Shown piece by piece: positions 9,839 through 20,492 of a DNA stretch of 64,000 nt. The position numbers were made by a program, and so were the translations under genes. The stretch spans positions 155-64,154 of the forward strand of contig DASPRE010000010.1 of assembly GCA_035624615.1 (NCBI GenBank), given 5' to 3'. The notes below the pieces were generated by a model, which had not been told where the DNA came from, ran no database searches, and saw only the letters and a list, made by a program, of their open reading frames with translations. Source of the stretch: Burkholderiales bacterium. GTDB taxonomy: Bacteria > Pseudomonadota > Gammaproteobacteria > Burkholderiales > JAHFRG01. Numbering within the stretch: position 1 is the stretch's first letter; each line of letters begins with the position of its first letter.

Positions 9839-10723
9839 ATGGTGATGCTTAAAGGCAGTTTGGTGGCGATTGTCTCCCCGATGCTGGAAGATGGCGGCCT
9901 TGATTTTCCGCGGCTGCGCGCTTTGGTGGATTGGCATATACGCGAAGGCACGAACGGCATCGTGGCAGTCGGCACCACCGGCGAATCGCCGACAGTGAAC
10001 GTCGAAGAACACTGTGAACTTATCCGTGTCGTGGTTGAACATGCAAAAAAGCGCGTTCCAGTGATTGCCGGCACCGGAGCCAATTCCACCAACGAGGCAA
10101 TCGAACTTACCCGTTACGCGAAGCAAGTCGGCGCCAATTACTGTCTGTCCGTAGTGCCGTACTACAACAAACCGACCCAGGAAGGTTTATACCGGCATTT
10201 CAAGGCAATTGCGGAAAGCGTAGACATCCCGCAAATACTCTATAACGTACCGGGTAGAACTGCGTGCGATTTGCAGAATCAAACGGTGTTGAGGCTGGCA
10301 CAATTACCCAACATTGTCGGCATTAAAGACGCCACGGGAAGCATTGAACGCAGCAGCGATCTGGTGCGTCAGGCGCCGCAGAATTTTGCGGTCTACGATG
10401 GCAACGATGCAAGCGCTCTGGCGCTGATGCTGCTCGGCGGGCATGGGGTGATCTCGGTCACCGCCAATGTCGCGCCCAAGCTAATGCATGAAATGTGTGA
10501 CGCTGCGTTCAAAGGCGACATAGCCACTGCGCGCCGCATCAATAACAAATTGTTCGATTTGCACAAGAATCTATTTGTCGAGGCCAATCCGATACCGGTG
10601 AAATGGGCGCTTGCACAGATGGGATTGATTGCACCAGGTATACGCCTTCCAATGACGCCCCTTTCGCCGGCCCATCATGAAACGGTAAGAACTTCGATGC
10701 GCCAGGCGGCAATCAACGTGTAA
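9839..10723 (+). CDS. dapA: 4-hydroxy-tetrahydrodipicolinate synthase
   Basis: 294 aa with [16 protein letters not shown] and IVGIKDATG (Schiff-base lysine context). It is followed by bamC, as in many proteobacteria. Confidence 0.95.
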   Translation: MVMLKGSLVAIVSPMLEDGGLDFPRLRALVDWHIREGTNGIVAVGTTGESPTVNVEEHCELIRVVVEHAKKRVPVIAGTGANSTNEAIELTRYAKQVGANYCLSVVPYYNKPTQEGLYRHFKAIAESVDIPQILYNVPGRTACDLQNQTVLRLAQLPNIVGIKDATGSIERSSDLVRQAPQNFAVYDGNDASALALMLLGGHGVISVTANVAPKLMHEMCDAAFKGDIATARRINNKLFDLHKNLFVEANPIPVKWALAQMGLIAPGIRLPMTPLSPAHHETVRTSMRQAAINV

Positions 10724-10744
10724 GGTAGACGGGTTATTGAGGAC

Positions 10745-11863
10745 ATGAGGAGGATCGCCAAGCTGGTATTGCCAATGCTCGTTGCTGCCCTGGCACTGGG
10801 CGGCTGCGACTCGATTCCATTCTTCAAGAAGGACGAATACAAGTCGGCTAAGCAAGGACGCCCGCTCGAAGTGCCGCCCGATCTTACGACACCGGGAGGA
10901 AACGAGCGCAATGCCGAGGGTCAGTCACAAGGCGGCACCACTTTTTCCGAATTTAAAAAGGAAAAGGCCCCACAGGCCGGCACGGCAAATGTGCTGCCGG
11001 TTTTCAACGAGAAATTGCGCATTGAACGTGAAGGCACCCAACGCTGGTTGGTGGTACCCGCGACTCCAGAAAAAGTTTGGCCGGTAGTTAAGCAATTCTG
11101 GCTGGACAATGGATTTGAGCTCAAAACGGAAATGCCTCAAGCCGGAGTGATGGAAACCGACTGGTCGGAGCACCGGGAGAAGGTGCCCGAAGGAGGAATC
11201 CGCGGCATAATAAACATGGTTGTCACGACGGTCACCGCGACTTCGCAGCGCGATAAATTCCGCACCAGACTTGAGCGTGGGAACGACCCTGACACTACGG
11301 AAATTTTTATCAGCCACCGCGGCATGGTTGAAGTATTTGAAAACGAATACCAGGACCACACGATTTGGCAGCCGAGTCCGCCGGATCCACAGCTCGAAGC
11401 GGAAATGCTTTCTAGGCTGATGGTGCGCTTTGGCACTGATGAAGCGCAGGCCAAAGTTCTAGTCACCGCGGCTCCTGCGACCACCCGCGCCACCTTAACC
11501 AAACAGTCGAATGGCACTGGGTCTCTGTCGATCAACGATGGCTTTGACCGTGCTTGGCGGCGCGTGGGTTTGGCCCTGGACCGGGTCGGCTTTACCGTGG
11601 AAGATCGCGACCGCTCCCAAGGTATTTACTTCGTGCGCTACGCGGATCCGGAGGCCACCGATTATCACAAGAAGGGATGGTTAGACAAACTGGCGTTTTG
11701 GAAGTCAGATGAGAAAACGATTCCCAAGAACAAGAGCTACCGCATCGTGGTGCAAAGCGAGGGGGAGGAAAGCCGGATCAAGGTACTAGACAGTGACGGC
11801 CTCCCGGATCAGTCCGAAACAGCCAATCGAATTTTGGCACTGCTGTATGAGCAACTGAAATAA
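10745..11863 (+). CDS. bamC: Outer membrane protein assembly factor BamC (NlpB) lipoprotein
   Basis: 372 aa with a lipoprotein signal and lipobox (LALGGC). The size and the position directly after dapA match the conserved dapA-bamC synteny. Confidence 0.8.
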   Translation: MRRIAKLVLPMLVAALALGGCDSIPFFKKDEYKSAKQGRPLEVPPDLTTPGGNERNAEGQSQGGTTFSEFKKEKAPQAGTANVLPVFNEKLRIEREGTQRWLVVPATPEKVWPVVKQFWLDNGFELKTEMPQAGVMETDWSEHREKVPEGGIRGIINMVVTTVTATSQRDKFRTRLERGNDPDTTEIFISHRGMVEVFENEYQDHTIWQPSPPDPQLEAEMLSRLMVRFGTDEAQAKVLVTAAPATTRATLTKQSNGTGSLSINDGFDRAWRRVGLALDRVGFTVEDRDRSQGIYFVRYADPEATDYHKKGWLDKLAFWKSDEKTIPKNKSYRIVVQSEGEESRIKVLDSDGLPDQSETANRILALLYEQLK

Positions 11864-11960
11864 TTCGAAAAGGGGAGGGAGCCAGCGGTGGGACAAAGCA
11901 AGAATCGGAAATCAAGAAGCGTTCTCCTCCTGCCCCGCTTGATAATATTCACGCATCGCG

Positions 11961-12728
11961 ATGCGCTTCGCCTCGCTCGGTAGCGGTAGCCAGGGCAACG
12001 CTCTGGTGGTGGAAGTCAAACAAACCAGAGTCATGCTGGATTGCGGATTCGGCATCAATGAAGTGGTTTCCAGATTATCCCGTCTCGATCTCACGCCACA
12101 AGAAATGACCGCCATAGTTGTGACGCACGAACATTCGGATCACATAGGCGGAGTCGTCAAGCTCGCGCGCAAGTTCGGTTTGCCAGTTTGGGTTACTTTC
12201 GGGACCGCAAGTGTATTTCAAGCAGAATTTTCCAGCCTGCCGCGGGTCTGTTATTTCGAAGTACACCAGCGCTTCAGCATTGGCGAAATCGAGCTTGAGC
12301 CGTTTCCGGTGCCGCATGACGCGCGCGAGCCGGCGCAATTTGTATTCAGCGACGGCGCAAGGCGCCTAGGCGTGATTACCGATACCGGCAGTTCAACCCC
12401 GCATATCGAATCTGTATTAAGCCGCTGCGACGCACTGGTTCTGGAATGCAACCATGATCTGGAGATGCTCAAAAACAGCAACTACCCGGTTCCTCTCAAG
12501 GAGCGCATTACGGGACGTTTCGGCCATTTGTCGAACGAGGATGCGGCGAAACTGCTTGCCAGTCTTGATTGTGGCCGCCTCCAGCACCTTATCGCCGCAC
12601 ATTTAAGCCAGAACAACAACACACCTCAATTGGCGAAGGCCGCCCTGTCACGCGTATTGAATTGCGAGCCGGAGCGAGTGGGAATTGCCGACCAGCAAAA
12701 CGGCCTTGCCTGGCACAAGATCGTGTAG
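11961..12728 (+). CDS. MBL-fold metallo-hydrolase
   Basis: 255 aa starting MRFASLGSGSQGNA, with the metal-binding motif THEHSDH and later conserved His/Asp residues. It resembles the YycJ/PhnP subgroup. Confidence 0.8.
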   Translation: MRFASLGSGSQGNALVVEVKQTRVMLDCGFGINEVVSRLSRLDLTPQEMTAIVVTHEHSDHIGGVVKLARKFGLPVWVTFGTASVFQAEFSSLPRVCYFEVHQRFSIGEIELEPFPVPHDAREPAQFVFSDGARRLGVITDTGSSTPHIESVLSRCDALVLECNHDLEMLKNSNYPVPLKERITGRFGHLSNEDAAKLLASLDCGRLQHLIAAHLSQNNNTPQLAKAALSRVLNCEPERVGIADQQNGLAWHKIV

Positions 12729-12732
12729 GGTA

Positions 12733-12760
12733 AAAAAGCCGGCAGGAGCGCCGGCTTTCT
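12733..12760. terminator. Bidirectional intrinsic terminator between convergent genes
   Basis: AAAAAGCCGGC-aggagc-GCCGGCTTTCT. A perfect 6-bp GC stem (12738-12743 with 12750-12755) extends by A:T pairs and is flanked by an A-run on one side and a T-run on the other. It lies between the MBL gene stop (12728) and the lipoprotein gene stop (12780). Confidence 0.7.
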
Positions 12761-12779
12761 TATGCTTACTGCCGGAGAA

Positions 12780-12989
12780 TTACTTCTGTGCTTCGGGTTT
12801 CTTTTCTTCCGGTTTCTTTTCTTCGGCGCTGGCTGGTTGAGCCGGCTTCGCCATTTCAGCTGCTGGAGCCGGAGCAGGCGCAGGAGCCGGAGCCATGGCA
12901 GGCGCAGGAGCGGTTGCGGGTTCTTCTTTTTTGCCGCATGCAGTTAAACCCAATACCAGCAAAGCGGCAACAAGCAATGAGCGTTTCAT
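12780..12989 (-). CDS. Small secreted lipoprotein with an Ala-Pro repeat and a Lys/Glu-rich tail
   Basis: 69 aa. It has a signal peptide plus lipobox (MKRSLLVAALLVLGLTAC), a low-complexity segment PAPAMAPAPAPAPAPA and a C-terminal EEKKPEEKKPE. GAGGA lies about 10 nt upstream of the ATG. Confidence 0.6.
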   Translation of the reverse strand: MKRSLLVAALLVLGLTACGKKEEPATAPAPAMAPAPAPAPAPAAEMAKPAQPASAEEKKPEEKKPEAQK

Positions 12990-13116
12990 GTAATAACATC
13001 CTCTAATATATAAAAATCATGGTAATAGCAACTATTAGTCGGCAGAAACCTGAACGACGGTAAGCGGCCAACACGCGAATTCTAGCATATTCAAATTTGC
13101 CCGGAAAATCGTTCGC

Positions 13117-13620
13117 TCATCCACGAAGACCGAGCGTGGTAGCAGATACTGCGGGAAAAGATGCTTCCCATATTTCTTCGAAACGATTGTTAAACTCGTG
13201 CGCCCCATTTAAATCGTTAAGCGCCATCAATCCGCGAGAGCTGTCGTAATGGAAACGGTGGACGTAATTATTTTCGTCTGCCACCATAAACGGGTCGTAT
13301 ACCTGTTTGGCGTCGTCCAGCGTTTCGCGGATGGCGATGCAATGGCTGAACTGCCTGATTAAGGACAGCATGCGCGGGCACTTGGTCGTCAGAAAACCGG
13401 TATCATGCAAAACGACGCGCAAACGGTTGAGACGGTTTGCTAGCAGAAAACTGCGCAAAAGCTCGTAACGTTTGGGGGAGTTGAAAGTGCTGCTTGCCTG
13501 TTTGTCGAAAATGCGGATATTCCGCTTCGCCTGAGCGATCACTAAGTCGATCGCGGCCTCATATTCCGCCGCGCTTTCAATTTTCTGGTACTGGGGCGAC
13601 GTCTCAGCGCTGTTCTGCAT
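13117..13620 (-). CDS. Conserved hypothetical protein downstream of roxA
   Basis: The track ORF is trimmed to ATG 13618-13620 (167 aa, MQNSAETSPQYQK...), which starts 16 nt after the roxA stop. No catalytic motif was recognised. The spacing AIDLVIAQAKRNIRIFD ... RLRVVLHDTG is faintly reminiscent of PLD-like folds, but there is no HKD motif. Confidence 0.5.
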   Translation of the reverse strand: MQNSAETSPQYQKIESAAEYEAAIDLVIAQAKRNIRIFDKQASSTFNSPKRYELLRSFLLANRLNRLRVVLHDTGFLTTKCPRMLSLIRQFSHCIAIRETLDDAKQVYDPFMVADENNYVHRFHYDSSRGLMALNDLNGAHEFNNRFEEIWEASFPAVSATTLGLRG

Positions 13621-13636
13621 GTGAGTTCCCGAAAGG

Positions 13637-14764
13637 TTACGGCATGCAACCGATTTTAATATAGCCCGCCTGATACCATTGGTAAAGTAAATGTTGCGTC
13701 TCGTGGTCCAACGCTGTCCCCGGCTTAAGTTCGCGCCAATCGGCAAGCCGCGACAAGGAAACAATTGTCCGCCTTTTTGGCTGATGGGCTTCGCCGTTTA
13801 TGAACATCATGTCTCGACGGAACAGCATTCGGCTTTTCAGATCGAGATGTACGCCCTGCGTTTTGCATTTGCGCGAGAAGCGCTGCCAAGATAGCGGCCG
13901 TGACGGTGCCCGGAAAATCACGTGCGGTTTTGGTTCGCTAAGGAACTGTCCGAGAAAACGCTCTACATCGCGCTTTCCCCAACGCAAGTGTCGAAGCATT
14001 TGGATTGTCTGGCCCAGCATTGCATCGCTGATTTGTGCCGGGTGCTGCTGCGGAGTAAGCCAGGGATCACGGTACACGGCCTTGAGATTCAAGTGATCCT
14101 CAACAAACGCTAGGAATTGGACGCCGAGCTCCTGAGCGGACGGAGCGCGGAAGCCAATGGAATAAGTCATACAATCGTCCAGAGCCACTCCGTTATGAGC
14201 ACAATGTGGAGGAAGGTAAAGCAGGTCTCCCGGACCCAGCACCCACTCCTGCTCAGGCATGAAGTTTTTCAAAATCCTCAGGGGCGCGCCTTCGATGAGT
14301 CGTAAATCCTTTTGCGTGCTGATTTGCCACAGCCGCCGGCCGCTGCCTTGCAACAGAAACACGTCATAAGAATCGAAATGTGCGCCGACTCCACCGCGCG
14401 GTGGAGCAAGACTGATCATCACGTCATCCATCCTCGCATATGGGATGAAATCGAAATGCAGTAACAGGCGTTGCGCCTCCGGCAGGACATGGTTAACGCC
14501 TTGAACCAGCAAAGACCATTGGCCGTCACCCAGGCCCCGTAGATACCGTTTCTTAAACGGCCCGTGAACTACGTTCCACATGCCACGCATTTGCAAAACC
14601 AGGCGCGATTGCACGTCATCACGGCACGCCAGGTCAAATAGCTGCTCGCGCTCGAGCATGTCTCGGAACGCAGGCAACGCATCGCGAATGACCAGTGGTT
14701 TCTTTTGCCAGTGACGCTGGAGGAATTTTCGCGGTGTCAAGCCGCCGAGAAAAGACATTTTCAC
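13637..14764 (-). CDS. roxA: JmjC/cupin ribosomal protein hydroxylase (YcfD/RoxA-like, 50S L16 arginine hydroxylase)
   Basis: 375 aa. It looks collinear with E. coli YcfD as recalled from memory (not aligned): FLQRHWQKKPLVIRDA, WSLLVQGVNH, GGVGAHFDSYDVFLLQGSGRRLW (the HxD iron ligands), LYLPPHCAHNGVAL and YSIGFRAPS. Confidence 0.85.
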   Translation of the reverse strand: MKMSFLGGLTPRKFLQRHWQKKPLVIRDALPAFRDMLEREQLFDLACRDDVQSRLVLQMRGMWNVVHGPFKKRYLRGLGDGQWSLLVQGVNHVLPEAQRLLLHFDFIPYARMDDVMISLAPPRGGVGAHFDSYDVFLLQGSGRRLWQISTQKDLRLIEGAPLRILKNFMPEQEWVLGPGDLLYLPPHCAHNGVALDDCMTYSIGFRAPSAQELGVQFLAFVEDHLNLKAVYRDPWLTPQQHPAQISDAMLGQTIQMLRHLRWGKRDVERFLGQFLSEPKPHVIFRAPSRPLSWQRFSRKCKTQGVHLDLKSRMLFRRDMMFINGEAHQPKRRTIVSLSRLADWRELKPGTALDHETQHLLYQWYQAGYIKIGCMP

Positions 14765-14845
14765 TGCGGCACCTTACCGTGGACCCTAAAGTATTTCAAG
14801 TTGCGCGAAATCGGTTAAAATCGTAATACGAATTTAGGAGTTTCT

Positions 14846-15313
14846 ATGTTGCAGGCAGGACAAGCGGCACCCGAATTCGATTTGCCTGATGCTGACATGC
14901 AAATGGTCGGTCTTTCCGGGTTTAAAAACAAGAACAACGTGGTGCTGTATTTTTATCCAAAGGACGATACACCCGGATGCACCATTGAGGCGATCGAATT
15001 CAGCGACTTGGATGATGAATTTGCCCATATCGACACTATCGTCCTTGGCGTAAGTATGGACGACTGCTTAAGTCACGGCTCGTTTCGCGACAGGCACGGG
15101 CTTACCGTACAGTTGCTGGCCGATACTGAGGGAGAGGTCTGCAGGAAATACGGCGTTTTACAGGAAAAAAAAATCGAGGGAAAGAAAAGAACCGGTATCG
15201 TGCGTTCAACCTTCATCATCGACAAACTTGGGATCCTGCGGCACGTTTTTTACAGCGTAAACGCCCGCGGCCATGCGGAGGAAGTCTTGAATCTAATTAA
15301 AAAGCTAAAATGA
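14846..15313 (+). CDS. bcp: Peroxiredoxin (thiol peroxidase) Bcp
   Basis: 155 aa with the peroxidatic cysteine motif YFYPKDDTPGCT. Length is typical of Bcp/PrxQ. Confidence 0.9.
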   Translation: MLQAGQAAPEFDLPDADMQMVGLSGFKNKNNVVLYFYPKDDTPGCTIEAIEFSDLDDEFAHIDTIVLGVSMDDCLSHGSFRDRHGLTVQLLADTEGEVCRKYGVLQEKKIEGKKRTGIVRSTFIIDKLGILRHVFYSVNARGHAEEVLNLIKKLK

Positions 15314-15440
15314 AAACCGCAAGGATTACGGCGGCTTCATTCAGGTACGAACTTAAAATTTTAGCAGCGACTGAGGTACGCCTAGCCGGAAGAAATCGCG
15401 CAGCCAGGCGCCGGAACGAGAATTGTCACTTAGTTATTTT

Positions 15441-18026
15441 TTAATCCAGTTCCTGTTTCAGCCGGTAGATGAGTTCCAAAGCCTGTTTTGGGCTTAATTG
15501 ATCCGGATCGGCTGATTTCAATAGCTGCAGCAGCGACTGTTCCTTCCCAGCGTGATTTGCCTTCGGCTGCGGGGCGAACAAGTCTGCCTGCGAATTCCTG
15601 CTTATTCCTTCTTGCTCGAGTTCCAGCAAATATTTTTTTGCCGTGCGAAGAACGGCTTGCGGCACTCCGGCAAGCTGCGCCACCTGCAAACCGTAGCTTT
15701 GATTTGCCGGGCCATCTTCCACCGCATGGAGAAAAACAATGTGGTCGTGGTGCTCGATGGCGTCGAGATGCACGTTGGCAACTTGGGAGTCGTTCTCGGC
15801 GAGGCGCGTGAGCTCGAAATAATGAGTGGCGAACAGGGTCAACGAGCGGTTCTTTTCCAATAGATGCCCGGCAATCGCCCAGGCGAGTGCAAGCCCGTCG
15901 AAAGTGGAAGTGCCACGCCCAATCTCGTCCACGAGCACCAGGCTGTGTTCAGTTGCGTGATGCAGAATGTTCGCCGCTTCGGTCATTTCGATCATGAATG
16001 TGGAGCGTCCGCCGGCGAGATCATCGGAGCTGCCTATGCGGGTGAAAATCTGGTCCACCTGGCCGATCACTGCGCGTTTTGCCGGGACAAACGAACCGCA
16101 ATGCGCAAGCAACACTATCAGCGCGATTTGCCGCATGTAGGTGGATTTGCCTCCCATGTTGGGCCCAGTGATAAGAAGCATCTGTCGCGCGCGCGATAGA
16201 TCGGCTCCGTTGGCGATGAAATGCTTGACCTGCAATTCCACCACCGGGTGCCGCCCATCCTCAATAAAGATTCCGGATTCTTCGCTGAATTCAGGAGGAG
16301 CGTAGTTAAGATTCGCCGCCCGCTCGGCAAAGTTTGCGAGCACATCCAACTCGGCAACCGCAGCCGCGGTTTTCTGCAAGGATGGGATATACGGTGCCAG
16401 GTCATTCAGCAATTCCTCGTATAGCTGTTTCTCCCGCGCCAAGGCCCGCTCTGCCGCGGACAGGGCTTTGTCTTCAAATGCCTTCAGCTCCGGAGTAATG
16501 AATCGTTCGGCGTTTTTCATGGTTTGGCGGCGCCGATAATCATCGGGAACACGCTCCGCCTGCAAGCGTGAAACCTCGATATAAAAGCCATGAATCTTGT
16601 TGTATTCTACTTTCAGCGTGCCCAGACCAGTGCGGCTCCGCTCGCGCGCTTCTAATTGCATCAGAAATTCTCCGCAGTTGTTCTGAATCGCGCGCAGCTC
16701 ATCGAGTTCGGCATCAAAGCCGTTCGCAATCACGCCGCCTTCGCGCAACAGTGCCGCAGGTTCGGATTGCAGCGCCCGTTGCAGGAGCGTCAACAGTTCC
16801 GCAGGCAGGGTGAGTGCCGCCGAGAGTTCAGCTAGTCTCGGACTGGATAAATCAGCCAATGCCTGCTGCAACGATGGCATGTATCTTAAACTGTCGCGCA
16901 ACCCTGAAAGGTCGCGCGGGCGCGCGGTTCTCAGTGCGATGCGCGACGTAATGCGCTCGATATCGCTGCAATGCTTGAGCACTTTGCGCGCTCCGCGATG
17001 CGGGCCCATGCCTGCATCTCCAAAAAGTGAAGACACTGCCTGCAGTCGCAATTTAACCGCATCGTGATTACAAAGGGGATGATGCAACCAGTGGCGCAGC
17101 AAGCGGCTGCCCATGTTGGTTGCGCATGCGTCAAGTAATGAAAGCAGCGTTGGTGCCAATTCACCGCGTATCGTTTCAGAAATTTCCAAATTGCGGCGCG
17201 TTGCTGTGTCCATGCCTACAAAAGTGTTGCCGTCTTCGACCTGCAGCGCAGTAATATGGGTGATCGCCGTGCCTTGGGTGGATTTGGCATATTCAAGCAG
17301 CGCGCCTGCGGCCGAAACTGCAGCGCGCAGCCCTTGGCAGCCGAAATCCCTCAAATCGCGGGCGTTAAACTGTTTACACAGGTTTCGCGTTGCTGCGTCG
17401 AATTCGAAATGCCATTGCGGCAACTGCTTCACTGCACGCAAGGGATTCTCAGGCAACGAATGGACAAAGGCCTCGGGCAACAGAATTTCGGATGGCCGCA
17501 GGCGTTCTAGTTCGGATCCAAGCTGTTGCGCCGGGATTTCCAGCGCGTACATGCGGCCTGCGGAAAGGTTGAGCCACGCCAGTCCCAAAGTGGACTGATG
17601 TGGAGCGATTGCTAGCAATATGCTGTCGCGTTTTTCGTCGAGCAGTCCCGAATCGGTTAGCGTGCCGGGAGTGATAATTCGGGTGACTTTGCGCTCCACC
17701 GGCCCTTTGGCTTGAGCTGGGTCGCCAATTTGCTCGCAAATTGCTATCGATTCTCCCATCCTAACGAGTTTACCCAGGTACTGTTCGACTGAATGATAGG
17801 GTACCCCCGCCATTTTTACGGGCCGACCTGCGGACTCGCCGCGGCTAGTCAATGTTATGTCTAGCAGGCGAGCTGCTTTCTCAGCATCGTCAAAAAACAT
17901 TTCATAAAAATCCCCCATCCGGTAAAACACCAGCATTTCGGGGTATGCCGCCTTAATTCGAAGGTATTGCTGCATCATCGGCGTGTGGCCGTTTGATCTG
18001 GTTTGTTCTGTCGAGTGTTCGTTCAT
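15441..18026 (-). CDS. mutS: DNA mismatch repair protein MutS
   Basis: 861 aa with the N-terminal mismatch-binding motif [34 protein letters not shown] and Walker [10 protein letters not shown]. Confidence 0.97.
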   Translation of the reverse strand: MNEHSTEQTRSNGHTPMMQQYLRIKAAYPEMLVFYRMGDFYEMFFDDAEKAARLLDITLTSRGESAGRPVKMAGVPYHSVEQYLGKLVRMGESIAICEQIGDPAQAKGPVERKVTRIITPGTLTDSGLLDEKRDSILLAIAPHQSTLGLAWLNLSAGRMYALEIPAQQLGSELERLRPSEILLPEAFVHSLPENPLRAVKQLPQWHFEFDAATRNLCKQFNARDLRDFGCQGLRAAVSAAGALLEYAKSTQGTAITHITALQVEDGNTFVGMDTATRRNLEISETIRGELAPTLLSLLDACATNMGSRLLRHWLHHPLCNHDAVKLRLQAVSSLFGDAGMGPHRGARKVLKHCSDIERITSRIALRTARPRDLSGLRDSLRYMPSLQQALADLSSPRLAELSAALTLPAELLTLLQRALQSEPAALLREGGVIANGFDAELDELRAIQNNCGEFLMQLEARERSRTGLGTLKVEYNKIHGFYIEVSRLQAERVPDDYRRRQTMKNAERFITPELKAFEDKALSAAERALAREKQLYEELLNDLAPYIPSLQKTAAAVAELDVLANFAERAANLNYAPPEFSEESGIFIEDGRHPVVELQVKHFIANGADLSRARQMLLITGPNMGGKSTYMRQIALIVLLAHCGSFVPAKRAVIGQVDQIFTRIGSSDDLAGGRSTFMIEMTEAANILHHATEHSLVLVDEIGRGTSTFDGLALAWAIAGHLLEKNRSLTLFATHYFELTRLAENDSQVANVHLDAIEHHDHIVFLHAVEDGPANQSYGLQVAQLAGVPQAVLRTAKKYLLELEQEGISRNSQADLFAPQPKANHAGKEQSLLQLLKSADPDQLSPKQALELIYRLKQELD

Positions 18027-18040
18027 AGCAGGAGCCCCTG

Positions 18041-18838
18041 CTATTTTTTAAGCGCCGAGGTTAAATGCGGCGCCAGTATTTTGATGAGCTGGGCAAATAT
18101 CTTTGGGTTGCCTCCCACGACGTTGCCGCTTTCAAGATAGCCGTCGTTTCCTTGCAAGTCCCCCATTAGGCCGCCGGCTTCCTGGATCAGGAGGTTTCCC
18201 GCCGCTATGTCCCAAGGACTTAAGCCGATTTCCCAGAAGCCGTCCAGCCTGCCTGCTGCGACATAAGCCAGATCGAGCGCAGCTGCGCCTGCCCGGCGGA
18301 CGCCGGCGGTGCTTTTGACGACGTCGCGGAACATCGCGAGATAACTGTCGAGGTGCTTTAGCTGGCGGAAAGGAAAACCGGTACCGATTAGTGCTTCAGC
18401 AAGCCTAATACGTTTGCTCACACGCAGACGCCGGTCGTTGAGAAAGGCGCCGCCGCCACGCGTGGCGGTGAACAACTCGTTGCGTCCGGGGTCGTACACC
18501 ACCGCGACTGTGAGCGTCTGCTTGTGGGATAGCGCAATCGATACCGCGTATTGCGGAAAGCCATGCACGAAATTGGTGGTACCGTCGAGCGGGTCGATCA
18601 TCCATAGATAATCGGAATCGCCCTGAGGGCCGCTCTCTTCTGCTAGAATCGCGTGCTCGGGATACGCGCCCTTTATTACCTCGATGATGGCCTGTTCCGC
18701 CGCGCGATCCGCGTTGCTCACGAAATCATTAAAGGATTTACTCGTTACCGTGAGCACATCAAGATTGAGCGACGCACGGTTGATGATGCTTCCGGCGCGC
18801 CGCGCTGCCTTGACTGCAATATTGAGCATGGGATGCAT
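18041..18838 (-). CDS. suhB: Inositol monophosphatase family protein SuhB
   Basis: 265 aa with IMPase motifs [12 protein letters not shown] and [10 protein letters not shown]. It is divergent from trmJ, as in E. coli and Pseudomonas. Confidence 0.92.
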   Translation of the reverse strand: MHPMLNIAVKAARRAGSIINRASLNLDVLTVTSKSFNDFVSNADRAAEQAIIEVIKGAYPEHAILAEESGPQGDSDYLWMIDPLDGTTNFVHGFPQYAVSIALSHKQTLTVAVVYDPGRNELFTATRGGGAFLNDRRLRVSKRIRLAEALIGTGFPFRQLKHLDSYLAMFRDVVKSTAGVRRAGAAALDLAYVAAGRLDGFWEIGLSPWDIAAGNLLIQEAGGLMGDLQGNDGYLESGNVVGGNPKIFAQLIKILAPHLTSALKK

Positions 18839-18897
18839 GGCCAGAAACCAGAATTCGGGTCTTGGAATTACTGATATGCGAACAGCGTCATTCTAAT

Positions 18898-19614
18898 ATG
18901 AACCCGGAAAACCCGCTTGATAACGTTCGCATTGTATTGAGTCATCCCAGCCATCCCGGCAACATCGGGGCCAGCGCACGCGCCATGAAGACTATGGGAT
19001 TAAGCTCATTGGTCCTTGTGAACCCCAGATTTTTTCCCGACCGTGAGGCAGATGTTCTCGCGTCGAAGGCAGTCGATGTATTGACTAAAGCGCGGGTTTG
19101 CACATCGCTCGACGAGGCTCTTTCCGGTACCGTGTTGGCCGCCGCGTTGAGTGCGCGTAGACGCGAACTTTCACATGCCGTTTATTCCCCGAGCAAAGCT
19201 GCCGGCATACTACTGCAACAGGCACAGCAGAAGCCGGTAGCGTTGGTATTCGGTGGCGAAACTTCTGGTCTGAGCAACGAGCAAATTATCAAGTGTCAGA
19301 TGCTGGTGCGCATCCCGGCAAACCCGGATTATTCGGCCCTTAATTTGGCAGCTGCAGTGCAGGTGATGTGCTACGAGTTGCGGTTGGCATTGGAAAATTC
19401 TGTTCCGCGGGAAAGTGAATTTGAAGCGGCGAGCTTTGAGGAAATTGAAATGTTCTACCGGCATCTAGAGAACGTGCTGGTTGGTACGGGATTTTTAAAC
19501 CCGGAACAACCCAAGCGCCTGATGGAAAGGTTGCGCAGGCTATTCAGCCGAACGCGGTTGGAAAAAGATGAAGTTGATCTTCTCAGGGGAATATTAAACT
19601 CGATCAGACAATAG
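18898..19614 (+). CDS. trmJ: tRNA (cytidine/uridine-2-prime-O)-methyltransferase TrmJ (SpoU family)
   Basis: The track ORF begins at TTG 18862. ATG 18898 gives MNPENPLDNVRIVLSHPSHPGNIGASARAMKTMG, a SpoU/TrmH N-terminus. The locus follows the conserved suhB / trmJ-cysE-iscR order. Confidence 0.85.
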   Translation: MNPENPLDNVRIVLSHPSHPGNIGASARAMKTMGLSSLVLVNPRFFPDREADVLASKAVDVLTKARVCTSLDEALSGTVLAAALSARRRELSHAVYSPSKAAGILLQQAQQKPVALVFGGETSGLSNEQIIKCQMLVRIPANPDYSALNLAAAVQVMCYELRLALENSVPRESEFEAASFEEIEMFYRHLENVLVGTGFLNPEQPKRLMERLRRLFSRTRLEKDEVDLLRGILNSIRQ

Positions 19615-19635
19615 TTGACTAATTTACTAGGATAT
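19611..19635 (+). promoter_or_regulatory. IscR type-1-like operator upstream of cysE
   Basis: ATAGTTGACTAATTTACTAGGATAT overlaps the trmJ stop codon and ends 39 nt before the cysE ATG. By hand count it matches 22 of 25 positions of the E. coli type-1 IscR consensus ATASYYGACTRWWWYAGTCRRSTAT. It is nearly identical to the boxes at 20444 and 22531. Confidence 0.6.
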
Positions 19636-19674
19636 AGCAAACTCATGCTTCATAAGGTGAATCAGAGATAAAAA

Positions 19675-20427
19675 ATGCTTGAACAAATCAAAGAAGACAT
19701 TGCAGTCGTATTTGATCGTGACCCGGCGGCGCGCACCTCGTGGGAGGTGATTACCTGCTATCCCGGCTTTCACGCGCTGCTGATTCACAGGTTTTCCCAT
19801 TGGCTGTGGCGTGCAGGTTTTAAATGGCTGGGACGTTTGGTTTCGCATTTTGCGCGATGGATCACCGGCATTGAAATCCATCCGGGGGCTGAAATCGGCA
19901 GACGCGTTTTTATTGATCATGGCATGGGCGTGGTCATCGGCGAGACCTCGGAAATCGGCGATGATTGCACGTTGTATCACGGTGTCACGCTTGGCGGCAC
20001 GTCCTGGAACAAGGGCAAGCGTCATCCCACCTTGGGTAAAGGCGTGGTGATCGGCGCGGGCGCCAAAGTTCTCGGGCCCATTTTAATAGGCGACGGAGCG
20101 AAGATTGGCTCCAACGCTGTAGTCGTGAAAGACGTTCCCACAGGCGCGACTGCGATTGGCATTCCAGCGCGGCTCGTGGACACCGAACATGATACGGCGC
20201 GGGCAAAAACCGCTGAAAAGATGGGTTTTTCGGCTTATGCAGTGAGTCGCGATGAGAACGATCCGGTGGCGCAAGCAATCCATGGCCTACTTGACCACAC
20301 CGTGAATATCGACCAGCGCATTGAGGCCATCATGAGACAACTCGAAAAGCTTGGCGCAAAAGTGGAGGACGAGCGCGCCACGGCAGACAAATTCGACCCA
20401 AACCTTTTGAACAAAATGGTGGACTAG
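19675..20427 (+). CDS. cysE: Serine O-acetyltransferase
   Basis: 250 aa with a left-handed beta-helix hexapeptide region ([44 protein letters not shown]). Its position between trmJ and iscR matches Pseudomonas. Confidence 0.93.
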   Translation: MLEQIKEDIAVVFDRDPAARTSWEVITCYPGFHALLIHRFSHWLWRAGFKWLGRLVSHFARWITGIEIHPGAEIGRRVFIDHGMGVVIGETSEIGDDCTLYHGVTLGGTSWNKGKRHPTLGKGVVIGAGAKVLGPILIGDGAKIGSNAVVVKDVPTGATAIGIPARLVDTEHDTARAKTAEKMGFSAYAVSRDENDPVAQAIHGLLDHTVNIDQRIEAIMRQLEKLGAKVEDERATADKFDPNLLNKMVD

Positions 20428-20443
20428 GAAAAGCGGCTACTGT

Positions 20444-20468
20444 ATACTTGACTAATTTAATCAGGTAT
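20444..20468 (+). promoter_or_regulatory. IscR type-1-like operator upstream of iscR (autoregulation site)
   Basis: ATACTTGACTAATTTAATCAGGTAT matches 24 of 25 positions of the type-1 consensus by hand count. It ends 24 nt before the iscR ATG at 20493. Confidence 0.65.
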
Positions 20469-20492
20469 TTTTGTGGCCTTAATGGTGGACTT

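Noticed and set aside
11888-11983. A 31-codon GTG-started ORF (VGQSKNRKSRSVLLLPRLIIFTHRDALRLAR) is preceded by a strong GGAGGGAG Shine-Dalgarno-like run between bamC and the MBL gene.
   Set aside because: It shows no family similarity and has a basic low-complexity composition. It overlaps the start of the MBL gene in another frame, and the purine run may be incidental.
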